Shown piece by piece: positions 17,345 to 23,833 of a DNA stretch of 64,000 nucleotides; within the stretch, counting starts at the first letter, position 1; each line of letters opens with the position of its first letter. Under the pieces are notes generated by a model. It did no database searches, was not told where the DNA came from, and saw nothing but the letters and a program-made list of their open reading frames with translations. Location: positions 319,982 through 383,981 of the forward strand of contig CAWEJK010000009.1 in assembly GCA_963809425.1 (NCBI GenBank), read 5' to 3'. Made by a program: the position numbers and the translations under genes. Source of the stretch: Thermoanaerobaculia bacterium (lineage in GTDB: Bacteria; Acidobacteriota; Thermoanaerobaculia; UBA5066).

Positions 17345-18102
17345 CGTATTTCCTTCCGGAGGAGGGCGAGGAGTTCGGAGAGGCGCGCGTGGGCGGGAAC
17401 CAAAGGCGTGGGCAGCCCCCGGGCCGTGACGGCCTTCGCGGTCTCGGGCCCGAGCACGCCCCATCTTAACGGCGGGAGAGACGCGGCCGGCGCGGCCAGG
17501 GCGGCGAGAAGCGCGTCGAGACCCGCCGTCGAGCCCACGGCCACGGCGGCGAACCGTCTGGCACGGAGGTCGGAGAGGATCGACGGATTCATCTCGGAGG
17601 CGGAGAGAGGACGTTTTTCGTAGACCACGGGGGCGACGAGCTGAATGCCGAGCGCACGAATTCCCTCGAACGCCTCCGGGGCCGAATCCGAGCCGTGTGG
17701 CCAGAGGAGGCGCATGTGCGAAGGAGCAGGGGACTTCTTCAGGTAGGCGATGACGCCCGCGGCTCCCGGTATCTCGGGAACGACGATCGGCGCCGCGTTC
17801 TGGGTCGAGGCCGCGGCGCGGCGTCCCGGGTCGCTGCCCCCCATGATCACCCTTCTCAGCAGCTCCCCGGTGCCCTCGCCGACCGCCAGCATCTGCGCGA
17901 ACGACGAGCGAAAGAGCGGAAGAAGAAACCCGATCGTCTCCTTCGACGAGACGACGAGCGTCGCGCCATCCGTGTCGAACGCGAGCGCCTCGGCAATCCC
18001 CTGGGGGCGCGGCGAGACGGCGTGCGTGTAGAGAACGGTCACGTCCCCCGAGAAGGCGTCTTCGGATCCGGCGGCGCCGGAGCGAAGGAGAAGGATCCTC
18101 AC
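17341..18102 (-). CDS. hemD: Uroporphyrinogen-III synthase
   Basis: 253 aa, GTG start, HemD-like length with weak family similarity. Position in the hemA-C-D-B order supports the call. Confidence 0.65.
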   Translation of the reverse strand: MRILLLRSGAAGSEDAFSGDVTVLYTHAVSPRPQGIAEALAFDTDGATLVVSSKETIGFLLPLFRSSFAQMLAVGEGTGELLRRVIMGGSDPGRRAAASTQNAAPIVVPEIPGAAGVIAYLKKSPAPSHMRLLWPHGSDSAPEAFEGIRALGIQLVAPVVYEKRPLSASEMNPSILSDLRARRFAAVAVGSTAGLDALLAALAAPAASLPPLRWGVLGPETAKAVTARGLPTPLVPAHARLSELLALLRKEIR

Positions 18103-18130
18103 GGCGCGAGGATACCCAGTCGCGAGCGCA

Positions 18131-19175
18131 TCACGGAGTCGTCGCTCGCGCCGCGTCGATGAGCCGCGCAGCGCCGCGCGCGAGGAGGCGCTCGGCGAGC
18201 TGGCGGCCCAGGGAGGAGGAGAAAGAAGAAGAGGAAGAGAAAGAGGAAGAGGAAGATTTCTTAGAAGGAAGAGAGAGGGGAACCTGTGGCAGAGGCGTGC
18301 TCAAATCTTCTTCCAGGCATTCGCGCCCATCGAGTGAGAGCACGCGGCCCACGAGCTTCAGCGTGCGATTTCCCTCTTCACCTTCTAAGAATCCTCGAGC
18401 GCCGACAGGCGCTCGACATCCCCCTCTTAGAACAAAACAGAAGCTCTCTCTCGGCCTCCGCCGCAACTCGTGAGCTGAAATCGTCCATTTGTTCCAGCGC
18501 CGCGATCGTCTCGGCGTCGTCCGCCCGGCAGCCGATGCCGAGCGCGCCCTGCGCCGGCGCGCCGAGCATCTCGTCCCGCTCGAGCCGGCGCGTGATGACG
18601 CCTCCCCTGTCGAGCCTGTCGAGGCCCGCGCACGCGAGGATGAGCGCGTCGGCGCGGCCCTCCTCGAGGCGCTGGAGGCGCGTGTCGACGTTGCCGGCGA
18701 TCGCGACCGTCACGAGGTCGGGCCGGATTCGGAGGAGCTGCGACACGCGCCGGGGCGACGACGTGGCCACGCGCGCGCCGGGTGGAAGCGCGCTCACGCT
18801 CGTCACGCCCGCGTGACGCGAGGCGACGACGAACGCGTCGCGCGCGTCCGCGCGTCTCGGCACGGCGGCGAGCCGGACGCCCGCGGCCACGACCGTGGGG
18901 ACGTCCTTGAGGGAGTGGACCGCGAAGTCGATCTCGTTCGCGAGGAGCGCCTCGTCGAGCGCGCGCACGAAGACGCCCGCGGCATCGCCTCCGGGAGGGG
19001 CCTTGCCCTCGCTGGAGAGCTGGTCCCCCTGGGTGCGGATGATGACGGTCTCGACGGGGCGGCCCGAGATCCGGGAAAGCTCCGCCGCGAAGGCTCCCGA
19101 CTGCGCGCGGGCGAGCGCGCTGGCGCGCGTGCCCATCCGGAGCGGCCGCGTCGGGACGGCGGGAGCCGCCGTCAT
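18131..19175 (-). CDS. hemC: Hydroxymethylbilane synthase (porphobilinogen deaminase), disrupted by an apparent +1 frameshift at a C5 run (18420-18424). It carries an ~18-aa Ser-rich insertion near the C-terminus.
   Basis: The N-terminal 250 aa lie in the frame of ORF 18378..19463 (MTAAPAVPTRPLRMGTRASALARAQS...). The conserved GGCRAPVGA...LGRQLAERLLARGAARLI C-terminus lies in the frame of ORF 18131..18466. The span is 1045 nt, which is 3n+1. The ATG at 19173-19175 overlaps the hemA TGA stop (ATGA). Confidence 0.8.
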
Positions 19176-20443
19176 TTGGAGCTTTCGTCGAGGCGGAACA
19201 GGGCGCGCACGGCCGCGGCGCGCTCCAGGCGCTCCGAGCTGTCGCCTTCCTTCAGGCCGACCGTCGGATCGTGGAGGATGTGGGCGACGAGCGTCTCCGT
19301 GAGCCGCTCGACCGCGGCGCGGTCGGGCGCGCTCAGCGCCGCGAGCTTGCCGGAGTGCTTGTCGAGCTCGGCGCGCCGGATGCTCTCGAGCTTCTCGCGA
19401 AGCCCGCGCACGACGTCGGTCTGCAGGAGTCCGCTGCGCCAGTCCTGGAACTTCAGGACGCACTCCTCGACGATGGTCTCCGCGCGCGGCACTTCGCCCG
19501 CGCGGGCCCGCGCGTTCTCGGCCGCCATCTCCTGCAGCGCGTCGAGGTCGTAGCGGTAGACGTCCGCAAGCTCGCCGACCTCGAGTTCGACGTCGCGCGG
19601 CACGGCCAGATCGAGGACGAGAAGCGGTCCGCGGCGCGGCGCCGCGTGGAGCGCGGTGCGAAGCGCCCCGGCCGTCAGGACGGGCTCGGTCGCATTCGTG
19701 GCGGAGAGAACGAGGTCCACGCCCGCCGCCGCCCGGGCGCGGTCATCCCACCGCACGGCACGCCCCCGGCTGGCCGCGGCGAGAGCCTCGCCCCTTTCGT
19801 GCGAGCGGTTCGTCACGAGGATCTCCGAGACGCCGTCCTCCGCGAGGAGGCGGGCCGTGAGCTCGGCGGTCTCGCCCGCCCCGATGAGGAGGACCTTTCG
19901 GCCCTTCAGCGACTCGAAGACGCGCGCCGCGAGGCCGAGCGCGAGACCGGCGACCGAGGTGGGCTTCTGGCCGAGCGCCGTCTCCGCCCGCACGCGTTTG
20001 CCGCATTCGAGAGCGCTCATGAACAGCCGGTTCATCACCGTTCGGATCGTTCCGGCCGCCGTCGCGAGGCGGTGCGCCTCGCGGATCTGCCCGAGGATCT
20101 GCGCCTCTCCGACGACCATGGAGTCGAGGCCCGCCGCGACGCGGAAGAGATGGCGCACCGTCGCGTCGCCGCGGCCCGAGAGCGCCGCCTGCCTCAGGAC
20201 CGCGTCGTCCACGCGGTGGAAACGCGAGAAGAATCCCGCGAGCGCGTCGAAGCTGTCCTCGTGCACGGCGATCCCGTAGATCTCGGCGCGGTTACAGGTG
20301 GACACGATCGCGCCTTCCGACAGGATGTGCTCCGCGAACAGGCCGTCGAGCGCCTCACGCGCCTTCTCGGGCGTGAAGGCGAGTCTCTCTCTCAGGTCGA
20401 GAGGCGCCGCGCGATGGTCCCAACCGACGAAGAGGAGGTTCAT
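19172..20443 (-). CDS. hemA: Glutamyl-tRNA reductase
   Basis: The genuine start is MNLLFVGWDHRAAPLDLRERLAF at 20443. Family motifs are present (STCNRAEIYG, GAGETAE NAD-binding). The ~250 upstream codons of ORF 19172..21247 are junk overlapping hemX. Confidence 0.9.
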   Translation of the reverse strand: MNLLFVGWDHRAAPLDLRERLAFTPEKAREALDGLFAEHILSEGAIVSTCNRAEIYGIAVHEDSFDALAGFFSRFHRVDDAVLRQAALSGRGDATVRHLFRVAAGLDSMVVGEAQILGQIREAHRLATAAGTIRTVMNRLFMSALECGKRVRAETALGQKPTSVAGLALGLAARVFESLKGRKVLLIGAGETAELTARLLAEDGVSEILVTNRSHERGEALAAASRGRAVRWDDRARAAAGVDLVLSATNATEPVLTAGALRTALHAAPRRGPLLVLDLAVPRDVELEVGELADVYRYDLDALQEMAAENARARAGEVPRAETIVEECVLKFQDWRSGLLQTDVVRGLREKLESIRRAELDKHSGKLAALSAPDRAAVERLTETLVAHILHDPTVGLKEGDSSERLERAAAVRALFRLDESSK

Positions 20444-21282
20444 GACGTGAAGTCGTGCAGCTTGCTGACGAAGAGGTTTACGGCGGTGTACGAAAGAAGC
20501 ACGAGCAGGAACCCCGCGACCGACAGCCGCGCCGTCGAGACGGGAGCCGCGCCGCGGTGCGCGCGCAGGATCACGAAAATGTAGAACGCGAGCGTCGCGA
20601 GCGCGAACCAGATCTTCGGATCGAGCGCCCACAGCGGATGCTCGCCCTTCCACATGCGCGACGCCCAGAAGAGCCCGAGGAAAAGCCCGACCGCGAGGGC
20701 GAGGACACCGAGAGAGAGCGACGTGCGGTTCGCGCGCTCGAGGTACGAGAGGCTCGGGAGCCGCGAGGCCGGACCCGAGAAGGCGCGCTTCTTCAGCGAT
20801 CGGCCGACCCACAGATACAGGAGCGACAGCGCGCACGCGACCGCGAACGCGGCGTACGCGAGCATGTTCAGCGTGACGTGCAGCGCGAAGACCGGGCCCT
20901 TCAGCTCGGGCGCGTCCGCGTGGACGGGCGACGTCAGGGACACGGAGAGGAGCAGGAACGCGAGGGCCGCGGGCATCAGGAACGGGCCCAGGGACCGGTC
21001 CCGGTGCCGTAACTCGAGGACGATGTTCAGGACCGCGAGAAAGAACCCGAAGAGCTTCATCGAGCCGAGGAGGTCGCGGTACGGAACCGTGTGGAGCGCG
21101 GCGGACCGCGCGTAGAGCGTGCCGAAGTTGAAGGCGGCGCCGAGGACTGCGAACGCGGTCGCCGCCCGGCCGATCGCCTGGTGCGTCCGGAAGAGCGACG
21201 TCGTGTAGAGAACCGCCGACAGGGAATAGGCCACGAGGGCCGCCCAACCGAGCGTCGTCGCGAGCTGCGCGGCATCCGTCAC
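20440..21282 (-). CDS. hemX: CcsA/ResC-like cytochrome c assembly membrane protein (HemX-type, as in Bacillus hemAXCDBL)
   Basis: Polytopic membrane protein with a W/aromatic-rich CcsA-like C-terminus (LFWASRMWKGEHPLWALDPKIWFALATLAFYIFVIL). Its stop overlaps the hemA start. The start is assigned to the GTG at 21282 (VTDAAQLATTLGW...) and is uncertain. Confidence 0.6.
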   Translation of the reverse strand: MTDAAQLATTLGWAALVAYSLSAVLYTTSLFRTHQAIGRAATAFAVLGAAFNFGTLYARSAALHTVPYRDLLGSMKLFGFFLAVLNIVLELRHRDRSLGPFLMPAALAFLLLSVSLTSPVHADAPELKGPVFALHVTLNMLAYAAFAVACALSLLYLWVGRSLKKRAFSGPASRLPSLSYLERANRTSLSLGVLALAVGLFLGLFWASRMWKGEHPLWALDPKIWFALATLAFYIFVILRAHRGAAPVSTARLSVAGFLLVLLSYTAVNLFVSKLHDFTS

Positions 21283-21362
21283 GGCCGCGATTATAGGAAC
21301 CCCGTGAGAACGACGATTTCGTGCGGATGCATCAGGCGCCCCGAACCGGCTCGCGCGGCCGA

Positions 21363-21379
21363 TGCTAACCTCCCGCGCC
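21363..21379 (+). promoter_or_regulatory. Conserved 17-mer TGCTAACCTCCCGCGCC abutting the hemE start codon
   Basis: Near-identical copies lie immediately 5' of the hemN GTG (28169-28184) and in the hemN 5' duplicate (26260-26276). A variant GATGCTAATCTCGACACGCC lies at 58284-58303. Confidence 0.3.
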
Positions 21380-22423
21380 ATGCCCGATGCCGCACGGCGT
21401 CCGTCGCGCCAGCGTTTCCTCGATGCGGCCTTCGGGCGTCCGACGGACGTCCCGCCGGTGTGGCTCATGCGCCAGGCCGGCCGCTACCTGCCCGAATATC
21501 GCGACGTCCGCAAGCGCCTCAAGTTCCTCGAGCTGTGCGCCGACGTGCCGGCCGCCATCGAAGTGACGCTCCAGCCGTTCCGGCGTTTCGGGATGGACGG
21601 CGTCGTCTTCTTCTCCGACATCCTCATCCCGCTGCCGCCGATGGGCATCGAAGTCCAGCTCGACGAGGGAGGCCCGAAGCTCCCGAACCCGATCCGCACC
21701 GCCGCCGACGTCGCGAAGCTCCGGGAATTCGACCCGCACGTCGAGACCGCGTTCGTGATGGACATCCACCGCGGCATCAGGCGCATCGTCCACGACGACG
21801 CGGCCACGATCGGCTTCTGCGGGGCGCCGTGGACGCTCGCGACGTACGCGATCGAGGGCGGCTCCTCGAAGTCGTTCACGGCGGTCAAGACGATGATGCA
21901 TCGCGAGCCGAAGGTGCTCGAGGGCCTGCTCGCGAAGCTGGCCGACGCGTGCGGCCGGTACCTCGCGGCGCAGATCGAGTCGGGCGCGGACCTCGTGCAG
22001 ATCTTCGACTCGTGGGCCGGTGAGCTCTCGCGCGCCGACTACGACCGATTCGCGCGCCCCGCGACCGAGCGGCTCCTGTCGCACCTGCCGCGGCGCGGGC
22101 AGGTGCCCGTCGTCCACTTCGCCTCGGGCTCGTCGCACCTCATCGACTCGTTCGCCCGGATGCCGGTCGACGTGCTCTCGATCGACTGGAAGCTTCCGCT
22201 CGACGAGGCGCGCAAGCGCGCGCACGGCAAGGCGCTGCAGGGCAACGTCGATCCGGGCCTCCTCCTCGGAACGCCGGAGGGAGTCCGGGAAGCCGTGTAT
22301 GCCGCGCGGCGGGCGGCGGGCCCGACCGGTCACATCGTGAACCTCGGACACGGCATCCTGCCGCCCACGCCGATCGAGAACGTCGCCGCGTTCGTCGCGG
22401 CGGCGCGCGCCCCGCTGCCGTAG
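21380..22423 (+). CDS. hemE: Uroporphyrinogen decarboxylase
   Basis: URO-D signature PPVWLMRQAGRYLPEY. The second in-frame ATG at 21380 is preferred over the ORF-track start at 21362. Confidence 0.9.
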   Translation: MPDAARRPSRQRFLDAAFGRPTDVPPVWLMRQAGRYLPEYRDVRKRLKFLELCADVPAAIEVTLQPFRRFGMDGVVFFSDILIPLPPMGIEVQLDEGGPKLPNPIRTAADVAKLREFDPHVETAFVMDIHRGIRRIVHDDAATIGFCGAPWTLATYAIEGGSSKSFTAVKTMMHREPKVLEGLLAKLADACGRYLAAQIESGADLVQIFDSWAGELSRADYDRFARPATERLLSHLPRRGQVPVVHFASGSSHLIDSFARMPVDVLSIDWKLPLDEARKRAHGKALQGNVDPGLLLGTPEGVREAVYAARRAAGPTGHIVNLGHGILPPTPIENVAAFVAAARAPLP

Positions 22424-22438
22424 CGCGCGCAGCTGGCG

Positions 22439-23062
22439 TCACTCCGCGATGTCCGTCTCCGTCGAACCGGCGGGGGTCGCGCGGAAAACAAGAGGCACGG
22501 ACCCAAGGCGGATTTCGTCGCCGTCCGCAAGCGCCGTGGGCCCGGCGATCCGGCGCCCACGAACCCAGGTGCCGTTCTTGCTGCCGAGATCCTCCAGCGT
22601 GGCCACGTCTCCCGAAACGACGATCCGCGCATGGCGCCGCGAGATGGACTTCATCGAGATTACGATGGACGCGTCGTCGTCCCGCCCCAGCACGTTCTCG
22701 CCCGGCAAGAGCTCGAATTCCCGGGCCAGGTGGGTCACGCGAAACCGTGCGGCGGGCGCGACGAACGCGTCGAAGCGAAAGGCGTAGCCGAATCCGTAAA
22801 CCGTCTTGAGGAATCGGGGGCTCCGCGCATCCTCGCGGATGGCGGCCCGTACTTCGGAGACGAGGCTCTTGAGGTTCGATTCCTCAACGAAGAGGCTCGG
22901 CCAGAGCGACTCATAGAGGCTCGCCTTGGAAACGGCCTTCGGGGCGTGCCCGATGAGCAGTTCCAATAAGCGGAAGGCCTTCGGGGAGAGATGGACTGGC
23001 ACTTTTCCGCACCGCAGCTCTCGAGCCTCCGCATCGAACAGAAACTCGCCGAATCGGATCAT
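22439..23062 (-). CDS. Transcriptional regulator with N-terminal OmpR/PhoB-type winged-helix DNA-binding domain and C-terminal FHA domain (EmbR-like architecture)
   Basis: The N-terminus is trans_reg_C-like (PKAFRLLELLIGHAPKAVSKASLYESLWP...TVYGFGYAF). The C-terminus is FHA-like (ENVLGRDDDASIVISMKSISRRHARIVVSGDVATLEDLGSKNGTWVRGRRI). Confidence 0.7.
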   Translation of the reverse strand: MIRFGEFLFDAEARELRCGKVPVHLSPKAFRLLELLIGHAPKAVSKASLYESLWPSLFVEESNLKSLVSEVRAAIREDARSPRFLKTVYGFGYAFRFDAFVAPAARFRVTHLAREFELLPGENVLGRDDDASIVISMKSISRRHARIVVSGDVATLEDLGSKNGTWVRGRRIAGPTALADGDEIRLGSVPLVFRATPAGSTETDIAE

Positions 23063-23143
23063 CGAAACCTACCAGATCCCTACCATTTGCTCACGACTTC
23101 CAGCGCGCGGGGAATGCACGTTGTCGGCAGAAAGGAGAACGCC

Positions 23144-23821
23144 ATGAATCTTCAACGAAACCGCGCGCCCGCTCTTCTTCTCTCGCTGCTCTTCCTGCTC
23201 GTTTCTCCGGCGATGCTAGCGCAGGCCATGAGGGCCGAGAACGACGACGTCCAGCTGCCGGAGGTGGTCACGGAAGGGCAGCTGCTCTTCGAGTTCGTCG
23301 GGCAGGTCTCGAACTTCACCCCGACCACCTCCGCGCAGTATGGGTACTTCACGTGGGTCAGAGGCATCGACACCCTGTTCTCGGGAAGCCCGGCGAACGA
23401 GACGTCGGCACGGTTTACGTTCTACCGCGAGATGACGAACGTCGCCGTCGTCGTCAACGGGACGCTCAAGATCATCTCCCGCGAGGGGACCACGACGCTC
23501 TATCTACAGCCGTCCGGCGGCGCCACGTTCTCGAATCCCGACTCGTTCAGGGCCGGCACGCCCATCCAGACGTCTCACTCGCACCAGCAGGTCATCGTCG
23601 ACACCGTGACCTCGGCTTTCACGGTGGTCAACTTCGAAACGGTCACGGCGACGCCGCGATTCATGCTCGACGGACACGACACGACTCTGGGCCGTGTCGG
23701 AGACGTTTACCGCACTTCCAAGCAGGGCCACCTCTTCTCGCCGAGCCCTGCCGGCTATTTCAGCGGCTACTCCGTCAGCGTCTCCCGGACGACGGGCGGC
23801 AGGGGCGCGATTCAGGAATAG
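23144..23821 (+). CDS. Secreted hypothetical protein
   Basis: An AAAGGAGAA ribosome-binding site precedes the ATG at 23144. Signal peptide is MNLQRNRAPALLLSLLFLLVSPAMLAQA. No recognisable domain. Confidence 0.5.
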   Translation: MNLQRNRAPALLLSLLFLLVSPAMLAQAMRAENDDVQLPEVVTEGQLLFEFVGQVSNFTPTTSAQYGYFTWVRGIDTLFSGSPANETSARFTFYREMTNVAVVVNGTLKIISREGTTTLYLQPSGGATFSNPDSFRAGTPIQTSHSHQQVIVDTVTSAFTVVNFETVTATPRFMLDGHDTTLGRVGDVYRTSKQGHLFSPSPAGYFSGYSVSVSRTTGGRGAIQE

Positions 23822-23833
23822 GGCCGCCCGAGC

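Noticed and set aside
18385-18415. Perfect palindrome TCGAGCGCC-GACAG-GCGCTCGA with flanking CTTCTAAGAA / CTCTTAGAAC, initially suspected to be an inserted repeat element inside hemC
   Set aside because: The palindrome encodes the universally conserved HemC GGCxxPxGA segment, so it is ancestral coding sequence. Only the adjacent polypyrimidine tract looks like an insertion.
18131-18466. Separate 111-aa ORF downstream of hemC
   Set aside because: It encodes the conserved HemC C-terminus (GGCRAPVGA...LGRQLAERLL) and is part of hemC after a 1-nt frame correction, not an independent gene.
21290-21295. Perfect TATAAT hexamer on the minus strand upstream of hemX
   Set aside because: It is only 8 nt from the proposed GTG start and has no -35 partner at 17 bp. 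The hemX start is itself uncertain, so this is not called as a promoter.
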